Assembly (NCBI GenBank): GCA_965214675.1
Contig: OZ243969.1
Coordinates: 47,249-111,248 of the forward strand
Direction of reading: 5' to 3'
Source of the DNA: Gammaproteobacteria bacterium
GTDB lineage: Bacteria; Pseudomonadota; Gammaproteobacteria; UBA4575
Length of the DNA: 64,000 bases
Below the pieces are notes generated by a model. It was not told the origin of the DNA. It ran no database searches and worked only from the letters and a program-made list of their open reading frames with translations. The translations under genes were made by a program, and so were the position numbers. Below, in pieces: positions 38,436 to 48,573 of this stretch (positions within the stretch are counted from its first letter, which is position 1; the number at the start of each line of letters is the position of its first letter).

Positions 38436-38843
38436 TTACAGCAGGCTTACATTTTCTGCCTGAGGTCCTTTTGCACCCTGTACTACATCCATAGAAACTT
38501 TTTGACCTTCGCGCAGGGACCGGCGTCCGCTGCTCACGATAGACTTGTGGTGTACAAAGACATCTTCACCGTTTTCCTGCTCAATGAATCCAAAACCCTT
38601 TTTGTAGTTAAACCATTTGACAGTGCCTTCCGTCTGCGTGGAAGTGGTTCTGAACTTGGTGCCGCCAGTGCTTGTTGTCCTGCTATTACGAGCCAGAGTA
38701 ATCAGGGCGGGAATTACAATGACGGATATAATTGCCAGTCCCCCAGAAATCAATAGTTTGGTGGTGTCTCCACCGGTGAGGATAGCGAGCACTATACCCA
38801 CCACAATACCCAGACTTAATAAAATAGTGGAATTGATTTTCAT
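38436..38843 (-). CDS. cold-shock-domain protein with two N-terminal transmembrane helices
   Basis: 135 aa. TM1 is [19 protein letters not shown] and TM2 is [22 protein letters not shown], followed by a Ser/Thr linker. The CSD carries RNP1 KGFGFI and RNP2 VFVHH. No alternative start lies near the CSD. AGGAGA lies upstream of the ATG. Confidence 0.75.
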   Translation of the reverse strand: MKINSTILLSLGIVVGIVLAILTGGDTTKLLISGGLAIISVIVIPALITLARNSRTTSTGGTKFRTTSTQTEGTVKWFNYKKGFGFIEQENGEDVFVHHKSIVSSGRRSLREGQKVSMDVVQGAKGPQAENVSLL

Positions 38844-38935
38844 GAAGCGTGTTTCTCTCCTGAGCTTAGCTATCTAGATCGTATTGACTGCTGAATATAG
38901 CGATCCAGTGTGATGCATGATACCTGCCGAGCAGT

Positions 38936-40255
38936 TTATTGGATAGATTTGCTATACACTTTAGACTTACGCATATCATCATAGAGCGCCTGTTTTTCCA
39001 CAGGCAGGTCTTCAATATTTGAAGGCTTGAAGCCATGCTCTTGGAACCAGTGCTCGGTTTGCGTCGTAAGCACAAAAAGTTTGCTCACGCCAGTCTCGCA
39101 GGCTTTTCTTTCCAAGTGCATTAACATTTTGCTACCACGTCCGATCGATTGAAATTCGGGATGTACTGCCAGGCAGCCCACTTCGGCAGCATTTTCTTCC
39201 GGAAATGTGTACAAGGTCCCACAGGTTAGCAGTACACCATCACGCTCAATGACATCAAAGCGGTCAATTTCAAGCTCGAGCTGTTCACGAGAGCGTGATA
39301 CTAGGAGTCCTTTATCCATAAAGGGCTGTATGAGTTCAGCTATACCGTCCAGATCATCTAGGGTGGCAGGTCTTATTTCCTCATAACCTTGAGCAGTTAC
39401 CAGCGTGGCTGCACCGTCCAGGCTGTAAAGCTCTTCCAGCAGTGTACCCGGTTTTTCAATGTCAACCAAATGCACGTTCCTGATACCTTTCAGGCATGCC
39501 TGAATAGCTATTTCCAGATAACGCTTCGCATCTTCATTATGCGCGGACAGCTTATTTACAAGCTCCTTGGCTTCGGGAATGGTGTAGTGTCCTTCACCTT
39601 GTTCTTCATGATTTGTAAGTCTGAATTTGTCCAGTATCAATATCAGTTTTTCACTTTTCAGCACGCAGGCTGTGCGCTGTGCAAGTTCTTCACTGGGCAA
39701 AAGGAACAAGTTGTCATCCGTTGAACAAACCATGGGAGTAACGGCTACAATATTTCCCTTGTCCAGCTGAGACTGCAGCATCGCTTGGTCGATACTGTAG
39801 TCAGCCTCATAGGGAACATCCGTCTTGCCACATCCGTGAGGGCCGGGATTTGCGTGCAGGAAATTGTCACAGGTAACATCCAGCTTTGCGCCCGCAAGTG
39901 GGGTATTGGCAAGGCTGGTAGAAAAATGGACTTTTACGCGCTTACAAATTCTTCTTGCAGATTCTTTGGTCTCATCAATGGTCCGTGGACTTGTGATGTG
40001 TAGACCGCTATGCAACCCGTTTTCACTGGGTTCAGTGGTTTTTTGGGTAATGAATGCCCCTTCGCCGAGCACCAGTACGAGTTTGGCCCCCAGTGCATGC
40101 ATCAATGCCAGATCACGGACGAGCACGGCTAGGCTGGTCTGTGCCAGCAGAACACGGCTGTGAACATAGACCACGAAAGTTTTGCCGCGGTGGGTATGAA
40201 TATAGTGGGCGGCTTGGCGAAAACTCCCGGTCTGAAACAGGGAATCACTGCTCAT
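38936..40255 (-). CDS. argA: amino-acid N-acetyltransferase (N-acetylglutamate synthase)
   Basis: 439 aa with an amino-acid-kinase-like N-domain (FRQAAHYIHTHRGKTFVV) and a C-terminal GNAT domain (VHPEFQSIGRGSKML). Confidence 0.92.
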   Translation of the reverse strand: MSSDSLFQTGSFRQAAHYIHTHRGKTFVVYVHSRVLLAQTSLAVLVRDLALMHALGAKLVLVLGEGAFITQKTTEPSENGLHSGLHITSPRTIDETKESARRICKRVKVHFSTSLANTPLAGAKLDVTCDNFLHANPGPHGCGKTDVPYEADYSIDQAMLQSQLDKGNIVAVTPMVCSTDDNLFLLPSEELAQRTACVLKSEKLILILDKFRLTNHEEQGEGHYTIPEAKELVNKLSAHNEDAKRYLEIAIQACLKGIRNVHLVDIEKPGTLLEELYSLDGAATLVTAQGYEEIRPATLDDLDGIAELIQPFMDKGLLVSRSREQLELEIDRFDVIERDGVLLTCGTLYTFPEENAAEVGCLAVHPEFQSIGRGSKMLMHLERKACETGVSKLFVLTTQTEHWFQEHGFKPSNIEDLPVEKQALYDDMRKSKVYSKSIQ

Positions 40256-40452
40256 TTTTCACGCTGTAACCAGATGTGGAGGTAGTGTAACTTGGTTGCC
40301 CCAAGGTAAGCCCATGAAATAATAAAGGATTCTTCCTGCAGGTCTTTAATGCTATCCGAGGCTGGACTTGCCCCTTATAATGGGTAATCCAAGTAAGCCG
40401 TTGATAGTATTGTCCAATCGACTGATCACATTTTATACATAAGGAATAAAGA

Positions 40453-41148
40453 ATGCGAAGAATTTTACTGGGTGTGAAGGGTTTGTTTTTCCTGGTGTTG
40501 ATACTGTCGGGCCCGCCAGTTTTTGCCAGTGGCGAGGTACTTAAATCTCCAATTCTAGATCGCGTTAAGATACTTTATTCAGCCCCAAGCAATCTGCAAG
40601 ATTTGACTTTGGAGCAATTGCATGAAGAAAGGGCTGTGCTCGAAAAAGAACTCAATTCTTTCCGCCAGGCCAGCGACGCCCCTGAAATTGCCAAGCAAAA
40701 ATTCCTTGAAACTGTTTTCGAGCACGATGACAAACGCTTGCAGATTGTCGGGGTAATTCGCGACCTGATCGATGAGTATCAAATTGAAGGAAAATTTCGT
40801 GATGATTTGATTGGTTACAGCAATACATTTGATGTAGCGGTCAGGAATGCCCGTAAGCATGTTCATACATTGGAAGACTACAGATCATACGACTTCAGGT
40901 TTTCTGCTGTCTATATGTCCATGATGATGAGGTTCAATGAAGACCCCGAGTTTCGAAAACGCATGGTGGCAGATATGCAAAATCCGGATACATCATGGGG
41001 CAAGTATCGCAAGGAAATAGATGAGTCTTATGCCGAGGTACAGCGTAAAAAATTTCTCATTCAGAACATATACTCAGTCAATGAGCTCGAGCGGGCAGTC
41101 ACGAGCATCGATGAGGAAATTTCCAGAAGGGGACGTACGGAGTTGTAG
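40453..41148 (+). CDS. hypothetical secreted protein
   Basis: 231 aa with a signal peptide MRRILLGVKGLFFLVLILSGPPVFA. AAGGA SD lies upstream. The mature part is charged and helical. No family was recognised. Confidence 0.6.
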   Translation: MRRILLGVKGLFFLVLILSGPPVFASGEVLKSPILDRVKILYSAPSNLQDLTLEQLHEERAVLEKELNSFRQASDAPEIAKQKFLETVFEHDDKRLQIVGVIRDLIDEYQIEGKFRDDLIGYSNTFDVAVRNARKHVHTLEDYRSYDFRFSAVYMSMMMRFNEDPEFRKRMVADMQNPDTSWGKYRKEIDESYAEVQRKKFLIQNIYSVNELERAVTSIDEEISRRGRTEL

Positions 41149-41163
41149 GGGCTGGGTAACTAA

Positions 41164-41562
41164 ATGATGGTCCGGCGAGTTCTCATATTTCAGATACTGC
41201 TGCTTTGCGCAGCACTCTCACTCGCAGAAACAGATAAAAAGGCCATCAGCCCTCCGGATATGATTTCGGGTGCACCGCCTGCTGTCAGGGCAGATGCTAT
41301 GCAGCAGGAGCCACAAGCAGAAAGTGTAACCATTTACGAATCGAAGTTTTTCCCAGGCTTTCGCCCATGTACATCACAGGATTATCGTGATCATGATTTT
41401 GGTCCTGTTGCTTGCCAGAACACCACAGCTGCACGAACCTTGTCTTCAATTCAAGAAGAAGAATCAGGCAGCGGTCTAGCAGAGGCAGATACGGTATCCC
41501 AAGGGAATATATTCAAGTTGCGTTTTGGGCGCTTCACCAAGGATAAAGACTCTGGGCAGTAA
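41164..41562 (+). CDS. hypothetical secreted protein
   Basis: 132 aa with a signal peptide VLIFQILLLCAALSLA and two Cys in the mature part. It starts 15 nt after the previous ORF. No family was recognised. Confidence 0.55.
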   Translation: MMVRRVLIFQILLLCAALSLAETDKKAISPPDMISGAPPAVRADAMQQEPQAESVTIYESKFFPGFRPCTSQDYRDHDFGPVACQNTTAARTLSSIQEEESGSGLAEADTVSQGNIFKLRFGRFTKDKDSGQ

Positions 41563-41745
41563 ATGCGGACCCAGCCATCGAAGATCTCCTCTTGACACTG
41601 ATGCGCGGGTGTTGGTCAGGACTGGGCATCGACTGTCAGGACTGAGAACTTCACACAGGCCTTTTATCCAATCCCAGCTGGGGGTTGCTTAAAATTGCTA
41701 AAGGGGTAGCTGTCAAAGGATTGGGCCTGAGTAGAATTGTCCTGG

Positions 41746-42888
41746 CTACATACATATAGAGTGTATGACTTTTTGCAGCAATTCAGTAGTTGGCTTGAGT
41801 GACGAAAGTTCAATGAACTCATTTGGCTGGTGGGCCTGGTCTATTGAGCCTGGTCCCAGGACCACTGTTTCCATTCCCATGGAATTAAAAAATGGGGCTT
41901 CCGTTGCAAAAGTGACTGATGTCGGACTTTTGTTAGTGTAACTGCTTACTAGCTTGACAATCCTTGAGTCTTCCGCCGTTTTGAAGGCCGGAACTCCGTC
42001 AAATAGCGCTTTAAATTTACAGGTAAGGCCAAGCGAGTCTATTTTATTTGAAATGCGTTGATGCAGCTCATCTCTCAGAGCACCGATTTGCATACCAGGT
42101 AGCAGGCGTATGTCAATGTGCAGTTCGCACTCCGCGCAGATCCGGTTTGGGTTGTCGCCACCATGAATGTGGCCAAGATTCAAGGTCGGCACTGGTACGA
42201 TGAAGTCATGGTCAACATATTTTTCTGCAAGCTCCTGTTTGAATCTATCAAGTTCATTTAGCACCACTCGCATCCCTTCCAGTGCATTGTTGCCAAGAGC
42301 CGGGTTACTCGCGTGACCCGCCTTCCCATAGAGCGTGATTGACTCCATGAACACCCCTTTGTGCTGACGTACAGGGGTAAGGTTTGTAGGTTCACCTATA
42401 ATGCAAAAGCGACCTAGTTTCCTGTTATTTTCTACAAGCGTACGAACTCCCTGCATTGTGCTTTCTTCGTCAGCTGTCGCAACAATAGTAAGACGCTGCT
42501 GTAGATTTTTCCCTACAAAATCCTTTGCCGCTTCAATGGCGATCGCCAGAAACGACTTCATGTCTGCTGTTCCCAGGCCATATAGCCGGCTACCGACTTG
42601 TTCGGCCAGAAACGGATTGGTATTCCATCCCGTTTGATCAAAATTCACAGTGTCCGTATGACCAGATAACACGAGTCCATCCTCCCCATCTCCAATCCAC
42701 GCTATCAGGTTATATTTTTCGGTGGACGAAGGAATGATCTCCGTCTGGAAACCAAGATCGTCCAGCCAGTTGGCCAAACAGTCGATAATAGGTTTGTTGC
42801 TGGTATCAAATTGTGCCTGTGTGCTGCTGACTGAGGGGGTTGCAATCAGTTGCCCAATCATTTCGAGTAGCTGGGGTGCAGACTTCAT
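41746..42888 (-). CDS. argE: acetylornithine deacetylase
   Basis: 380 aa. It is M20 family, with strong resemblance to E. coli ArgE (LIATPSVSS, LSGHTDTV, LYGLGTADMK). Confidence 0.9.
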   Translation of the reverse strand: MKSAPQLLEMIGQLIATPSVSSTQAQFDTSNKPIIDCLANWLDDLGFQTEIIPSSTEKYNLIAWIGDGEDGLVLSGHTDTVNFDQTGWNTNPFLAEQVGSRLYGLGTADMKSFLAIAIEAAKDFVGKNLQQRLTIVATADEESTMQGVRTLVENNRKLGRFCIIGEPTNLTPVRQHKGVFMESITLYGKAGHASNPALGNNALEGMRVVLNELDRFKQELAEKYVDHDFIVPVPTLNLGHIHGGDNPNRICAECELHIDIRLLPGMQIGALRDELHQRISNKIDSLGLTCKFKALFDGVPAFKTAEDSRIVKLVSSYTNKSPTSVTFATEAPFFNSMGMETVVLGPGSIDQAHQPNEFIELSSLKPTTELLQKVIHSICM

Positions 42889-42889
42889 A

Positions 42890-43756
42890 CTATCGGGAGC
42901 TCGTCATTTGTTGGGCAATCTTGTAAATTGCGTCTGCGTCTAGTACTTGGTCATTGGATGTAAACAGTCTTCCAATACAGGCGCGGTGCAGCTTCAGCTT
43001 CAATGCGCCTATACCAAGGCCTCCAAAAACTTTCTTACCAAATCTTTCAGTATTCCTGTCGTTCATGCTAATGCCCTCAAAGCCGAGGGGTTCCGCAGTA
43101 CTGACATCAGCCAGAATTTCAATGGAGTCATGTTTTTGCCATTGTTCTGCATCGAGTAAGCGGATTCCTGCCTTGCCTGCACCAAATACAACTTGCGCTC
43201 CTTCCAGCGCGGTCTGAACCGAACCATGATCACGGGCTTCCACAGGTGCAAGTTCGACTCCAAATTGTTTTCCCATGTCTTCGCATGCCTGCTTTGAACG
43301 ACTCATTTCTCTTGATGTCAGGCGTACTTGAGCACCGCTTTGTGCCAGCATCACTGCAGCACGCTGTCCCACGGGTCCCGTACCGGCAAGGACCACGGCA
43401 ATTTTCCCTGCTAACGAGCCAGCTTGGTTTAGCAACGTGACACCAGCTGCAGCAGTGGTATTGCAGCCGTTGCTGTCCAGCATCACGGATACGCGAAAAT
43501 CTTGGAAAAAATGACTTTGTATGGCCTTGAACAAAGACTGGCTGCTGATGAGGTTACTACCGCCTACAAAGATTGCGGTATTCTTTTTATGTTTGGGTGC
43601 CCGTGTATAGATCGCACCTTCGACGAGGCTTGCACAATTATTTTCATGAATGCCCCCAAGTTGGGTAACCTGGTCTGCTCCCCCATCATATGCAACCACA
43701 GAATCAAATACACTGGGGAGGGGGTCAGTATCAAAATGGTACAAAAGCTTTTTCAT
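42890..43756 (-). CDS. mtdA: NADP-dependent methylene-H4F / methylene-H4MPT dehydrogenase
   Basis: It aligns along its whole length with M. extorquens MtdA as I recall it (KKLL..FDTD..PSVFD.VV.YDGGAD, TAIFVGG, MLDSNG.NTTAAAGV, VLAGTGPVG, LGIG.LKLKLHRACI). The start is placed at MKKLL. The ORF track begins 9 codons earlier (43783). Confidence 0.9.
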   Translation of the reverse strand: MKKLLYHFDTDPLPSVFDSVVAYDGGADQVTQLGGIHENNCASLVEGAIYTRAPKHKKNTAIFVGGSNLISSQSLFKAIQSHFFQDFRVSVMLDSNGCNTTAAAGVTLLNQAGSLAGKIAVVLAGTGPVGQRAAVMLAQSGAQVRLTSREMSRSKQACEDMGKQFGVELAPVEARDHGSVQTALEGAQVVFGAGKAGIRLLDAEQWQKHDSIEILADVSTAEPLGFEGISMNDRNTERFGKKVFGGLGIGALKLKLHRACIGRLFTSNDQVLDADAIYKIAQQMTSSR

Positions 43757-43792
43757 AGTATGCAGGGGTAACACCACACTCAAACGGGATGC

Positions 43793-46567
43793 TCAGCCAG
43801 TACTACCAATTCCTGCTGCGACACAGTTGATAGACAAAAGCAGGGGAACCAGAATATTTTGCCTGTCCAGAGCATTGTCTTGCTCACTGCGAAACTTTTT
43901 GACTAACTCGGCCTGTTCAATACCCACCTGATTCAAAGACTTGAGACGCCTGTTGAAGTGTCTTTTAAAGTTCGGAAAACGGTCACACAGCTGGTCTTCA
44001 CCTGTGATCTGCAAGACCATTTCCGTTGTACGCTCGTACTCAGCTCTAATCGCTGAGTAAATTGCTTGGCTGTACTGGCTGTTAACCACCAGTTCTACAT
44101 ATTTTTCAGCAACTTGCAAGTCAACTAGCAACAACGTTTTTTCTACGCTGTCTAGTACCAACCGAAACAAGGAATGCTTGATATACAGCTCTTGCAATAA
44201 TTCTTTCCCTCGTTCTCCTCGTATGCTGATCAGTTGCTCAAAACTGCTTCCGACCCCGTACCATCCTGGGACCAAAATACGGTTTTGCGTCCAGGCAAAT
44301 ACCCAGGGTATTGCGCGTAAGTCATCGAGAGTTGTCGCACCAAACCTGCTTGAAGGCCTTGATCCGATTTTCATAAGTGTCAGTTCCTCAACGGGACTTG
44401 CCTGCTGATAGAACTCTACTAGACCCGGTGTTTCAATTAACTTGCGGTACATGACATACGCTGTCCCCGAAAGTGCTTCCATGACTTCATCGAGCTCGGC
44501 ATTGATTTGGAAGGCAGGGTCTTTGCCTGACATCAGTGTGTGTGTGAGTGCGCTGGAAGCGAGGATTTCCATCTGTTCTTCTGCAAAACCACGGTTTGCA
44601 TACTTGTACGATACGACTTCGCCCTGCTCTGTGACTCGCATGCGTCCATCAATTGTACCTACGGGCTGAGCTGCAATGGCACGGCCGCTGGGTGCGCCAC
44701 CCCGACTTACCGAGCCGCCACGACCATGAAAGAATGAAGCCGGAATTTTGTGCTTGTCCCCGACCTCCTTTATTCGAGTCTGGGCCTTACTGATGATCCA
44801 ATTGGAAGTAAAAAATCCGCCATCTTTGTTAGAGTCCGAGTAGCCCACCATGACCTCTTGAGACTCTCCATTTCTGCGTATCGTTCGCCTGATAAATCCG
44901 TATTCGAGCAATTCATTCAAAATAGAGGGCCCCTGTTCCAGGGCCTCTATGGTCTCCAATAAAGGTACGACCAGAATCCGACAGGCTTCCAAACCATCGA
45001 CATCCGTAAACAGTCCCGCATACTTCGCTAACAGGTATACCCCTAGTACATCAGTTGATGTCTGCGTCATGCTGAGTATAAAGGCGCCAAACGTGTCCGG
45101 GTCCAGTTTACTTTGATAGTGCTTAACCTGTGCAAGCATGGTTAACGTTGATTGTGCCCGGTCGGAAAGAAAATCAGTGTTTGGGATTACGCGTAGTGGC
45201 CGCATCAGTTCGCTAACAACCCATTCTTTCCATTCATCTGATTTGAAATCTGGAACATCAAAGTGTGTTTTCTGATGCAAGGTTTGCCAGATTTCTGCAA
45301 GAACATTGTTTGTTACGGTCGTATTCTCGCGAAGATCCAGGCTGACCGTTCGAAAGCCGAAGGTATCCACCATATGTCGCAGTGGCGATAAGTTCGACCG
45401 GCTGAGGTGCTCACAGCGGGCATCATCCAGTCCACGCTCGAGTGTCCGCAAATCGTTTGCCAGACCGGATGCGCTGCGATAGGCGATATCTGATTTTTTT
45501 GGGTCATCAATATTTTGTAGTGTCGCGTCGATGCTGCGCAGCATACAACTCAGGTACTGTCTGAACACCTCACCAGGATTTCGTTTCGAAAAGGATTCTG
45601 TCTCTTCCAGCATTTCGAGTTTTTGTTCGAGAGCTTTGATGAAGTCCTCAGAAACTCGTAATGAATGGCTGGCGATGCTCAGCTTGGAACCGAGCTTGAT
45701 CAAATCCTGACGATATCGTTTCAGACTCGCACGGGCATTTTCACGGATAGCAAATGCGGTAACTTCGGCATCTACATCCGGATGACCATCTCGATCACCA
45801 CCTATCCAGGATCCAAACCGGAAAACGGGGGGTATTTCAAATTCAATGTGCGGGTACATTTTTCTCAAGGCACGATTTAATTCAGCATAAAATCTCATCA
45901 CGCCATCAAACAAAGATTCCGTAAAAAAGTGCAGGCCCCATGTAACCTCTTGGGCAACAGTAGGCTTTTCCAGGCGGATCTCACCTGTCAGCCAGAGAAG
46001 ATCGATCTCATTGCGCAATTCGTGAATGAGTTCATCGCGTTCGCGGGGTGTCCAGCGCGTCAGTTCTAATTGCTTGAGCAGTATGTAAATTCGCCTGTGA
46101 ATTTCCAGCACGGTTACACGCTTAGCCTCAGTGGGGTGTGCAGTAATTACCGGGCAGATAAAGCTCTTGTTAAGTATCTTCTGAATGTCCTCTGCCGGAA
46201 CATTGTGCTGGGCTGCCATGGAAAATGTATATGCGAAAGTTCCTGGCACACGGCGACGCCCGTATTCCTTTTCTATCTGGCGGCGCTGCTGCACCGTTGC
46301 ATTTTGTTCAGCGATGCTAAGTAGCTGAAACCAGATGCCATGAGCCTCCAAAATGTACAGAATCTGTGAATCTGTGCTTTCACGGATGTCTCGGTGGCCC
46401 TCTATGAAGGCTTCTATATCCGGTTGCCGGGTCCGCAGCACACTCAGTAGCTCTTTGTACAGCAGGTCTACAAGCTTGTTTTCATAGCTTGCAGCCGGAT
46501 CAATAATGGCACGTCCAGTAGCAACCCGGGTCAGTTGGGTCCAGGAAAGTGGAGAAATATCACTCAT
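43793..46567 (-). CDS. ppc: phosphoenolpyruvate carboxylase
   Basis: 924 aa with VITAHPTEAKR, GYSDSNKDGGFF and the C-terminal ...GIGSTG. Confidence 0.95.
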   Translation of the reverse strand: MSDISPLSWTQLTRVATGRAIIDPAASYENKLVDLLYKELLSVLRTRQPDIEAFIEGHRDIRESTDSQILYILEAHGIWFQLLSIAEQNATVQQRRQIEKEYGRRRVPGTFAYTFSMAAQHNVPAEDIQKILNKSFICPVITAHPTEAKRVTVLEIHRRIYILLKQLELTRWTPRERDELIHELRNEIDLLWLTGEIRLEKPTVAQEVTWGLHFFTESLFDGVMRFYAELNRALRKMYPHIEFEIPPVFRFGSWIGGDRDGHPDVDAEVTAFAIRENARASLKRYRQDLIKLGSKLSIASHSLRVSEDFIKALEQKLEMLEETESFSKRNPGEVFRQYLSCMLRSIDATLQNIDDPKKSDIAYRSASGLANDLRTLERGLDDARCEHLSRSNLSPLRHMVDTFGFRTVSLDLRENTTVTNNVLAEIWQTLHQKTHFDVPDFKSDEWKEWVVSELMRPLRVIPNTDFLSDRAQSTLTMLAQVKHYQSKLDPDTFGAFILSMTQTSTDVLGVYLLAKYAGLFTDVDGLEACRILVVPLLETIEALEQGPSILNELLEYGFIRRTIRRNGESQEVMVGYSDSNKDGGFFTSNWIISKAQTRIKEVGDKHKIPASFFHGRGGSVSRGGAPSGRAIAAQPVGTIDGRMRVTEQGEVVSYKYANRGFAEEQMEILASSALTHTLMSGKDPAFQINAELDEVMEALSGTAYVMYRKLIETPGLVEFYQQASPVEELTLMKIGSRPSSRFGATTLDDLRAIPWVFAWTQNRILVPGWYGVGSSFEQLISIRGERGKELLQELYIKHSLFRLVLDSVEKTLLLVDLQVAEKYVELVVNSQYSQAIYSAIRAEYERTTEMVLQITGEDQLCDRFPNFKRHFNRRLKSLNQVGIEQAELVKKFRSEQDNALDRQNILVPLLLSINCVAAGIGSTG

Positions 46568-46682
46568 ACTGCATGTAAAAAGTCAGACCGACTCATGCAA
46601 TATACAGCAAGGGCGCAAGATACTCCCTCCCGGTTTGGAAGGGAATGTACTGTCTCTGTAAAGGGAAGAAACAGATATACGT

Positions 46683-47654
46683 TTAAACCAGCTTGTCTTT
46701 TGGTGTGTCGCCCGCTTCAAATGCAGCCAGGTTTTCCAGTACACGATTACCCATTGCAATACGTGTCTCAGTTGAGGCACTGCCCAAATGAGGCAGCAGC
46801 ACGGCATTTTCCAATTCAAGGAAACGCTTGTCCAGGTTGGGTTCGCCTTCAAATACATCCAGGCCTGCACCCGCAATCGTGCCATTTTTTAACGCCTCAA
46901 TTAATGCATCATTATCGATCACATCACCGCGCGCCGAATTGATGAGAAATGCGCCGGGCTTCATTTTGGCCAGATTTTCCTTGTTCAGGAGATGGTAGGT
47001 TTCTTTGCCGCCCGGGCAGTGAATAGACACGAAGTCCGAATTTGCAAGAACCTCGTCGATCGATTCGTATTGAGTCGCATTGTATTTCTTTATAACCTCA
47101 TCAGAGGGGGGGTAGGGATCCACGAAGATTATCTTCATTCCAAAGCCATGATGTGCTCGCTTTGCCATAGCCTGTGCAATTCGTCCCATGCCGATCATGC
47201 CCAGGGTTTTGCCGGTCACTTTGGTGGCCAGCAAGTGTGTAGGCCGCCAGCCTGTCCACGCATTGGCACGCAGGTGGCGTTCCCCCTCACTCGTACGCCT
47301 TGCTGCGGTTAACAGCAATGTCATTGCAATATCCGCTGTGCAGTCGGTAAGCACCTCGGGTGTATTGGTTACGGTCAATCCGCGGGCTTTGGCTGCATCC
47401 AGGTCAATGTGGTTGAATCCTACCCCAAAATTGCCGATGAACTTGGCTCGCAGTGGCTCAGCACTTAATACTTCCGCATCGACAGGATCCGTCACGGTGG
47501 GCAGAAACACATCGCAATTGCCCAATGCCGCTTTCATTTCGTCCTTGGTCATGGCAACGTCAGTCTCATTCAGCTGCACGTCATAGTTCTCTTTCAGTGT
47601 AGCTTCCACTTCTGCAGGCCAGGCGCGCGTGACGATGACTTTCAATTTGCTCAT
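46683..47654 (-). CDS. hprA: hydroxypyruvate reductase / glycerate dehydrogenase (D-2-hydroxyacid dehydrogenase family)
   Basis: 323 aa with the NAD motif GMIGMGRIAQAMA and the catalytic R..E..H pattern (SARG, LLPHLGS). Its N-terminus resembles M. extorquens HprA and it lies in the serine-cycle cluster. Confidence 0.85.
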   Translation of the reverse strand: MSKLKVIVTRAWPAEVEATLKENYDVQLNETDVAMTKDEMKAALGNCDVFLPTVTDPVDAEVLSAEPLRAKFIGNFGVGFNHIDLDAAKARGLTVTNTPEVLTDCTADIAMTLLLTAARRTSEGERHLRANAWTGWRPTHLLATKVTGKTLGMIGMGRIAQAMAKRAHHGFGMKIIFVDPYPPSDEVIKKYNATQYESIDEVLANSDFVSIHCPGGKETYHLLNKENLAKMKPGAFLINSARGDVIDNDALIEALKNGTIAGAGLDVFEGEPNLDKRFLELENAVLLPHLGSASTETRIAMGNRVLENLAAFEAGDTPKDKLV

Positions 47655-47666
47655 TTTACTTTTCTC

Positions 47667-48557
47667 CTAGGCAAGATCTTTCAGGACCCTTTCCATGGTT
47701 GATCCGAGTTCAGATGGGTCTGGTGCAACAGTTACTCCGGCTTTCTCAAGCAGCTCCACCTTCTCAGCAGCACTTTCGCCTTTGCCGGATACAATAGCAC
47801 CCGCATGGCCCATGCGACGGCCTTTAGGTGCTGTCAGTCCTGCAATGTAGGCAACCAACGGTTTGGTCATGTGATTTTTAAAATATTCCGCGGCATCAGC
47901 TTCCTGAGGCCCCCCAATTTCGCCAATCAGCATGACAGCCTTTGTTTCTGGGTCCGCTTCGAATAACTCAAGGATGTCGCGGTGAGAGCAACCGTTGATC
48001 GGGTCACCACCAATTCCAACACTCGTGCTGATACCGATCCCGCATGCCATCATTTGAGATGCAGCCTCATAACCAAGTGTGCCTGAACGTGCAACAATGC
48101 CTACATTTCCAGGGATGTAAATGTGTCCCGGCATTATGCCGAGAAGACATTTTTCAGGACTGATCGTTCCGGCACAGTTGGGGCCTGTCAGCCGCATCCT
48201 GTCTTCTTTCTTGTAGCGGTACATGTAACGCTTTACAAGCATCATATCCTGTGCAGGAATGCCATCAGTGATCGCAACACAGGTTTTGATACCTGCATCG
48301 GCTGCTTCCATGATTGAATCAGCAGCGAATGAAGCAGGCACAAATACGATGCTGGCATCGGCGCCCGTTTCTTCCACGGCATCTTTCATTGTGTTGAAGA
48401 CAGGAAGTTCGAGATGGGTTTGTCCGCCCTTGCCAGGAGTAACGCCGCCGACTACTTGGGTACCGTATTCGAGCATTTCCTTTGCATGGAAAGTACCTAT
48501 TTTCCCTGTGAAGCCCTGGATCAGTACCTTGGTATTGTTATCAATCATTATGCTCAT
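47667..48557 (-). CDS. mtkB: malate--CoA ligase (malate thiokinase) subunit beta (SucD-like alpha-type subunit)
   Basis: 296 aa with a CoA-ligase alpha fold and the phospho-His region GHAGAIVSG. It is paired with mtkA next to mclA. Confidence 0.82.
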   Translation of the reverse strand: MSIMIDNNTKVLIQGFTGKIGTFHAKEMLEYGTQVVGGVTPGKGGQTHLELPVFNTMKDAVEETGADASIVFVPASFAADSIMEAADAGIKTCVAITDGIPAQDMMLVKRYMYRYKKEDRMRLTGPNCAGTISPEKCLLGIMPGHIYIPGNVGIVARSGTLGYEAASQMMACGIGISTSVGIGGDPINGCSHRDILELFEADPETKAVMLIGEIGGPQEADAAEYFKNHMTKPLVAYIAGLTAPKGRRMGHAGAIVSGKGESAAEKVELLEKAGVTVAPDPSELGSTMERVLKDLA

Positions 48558-48573
48558 GTGTGTCTCCTAGCTT

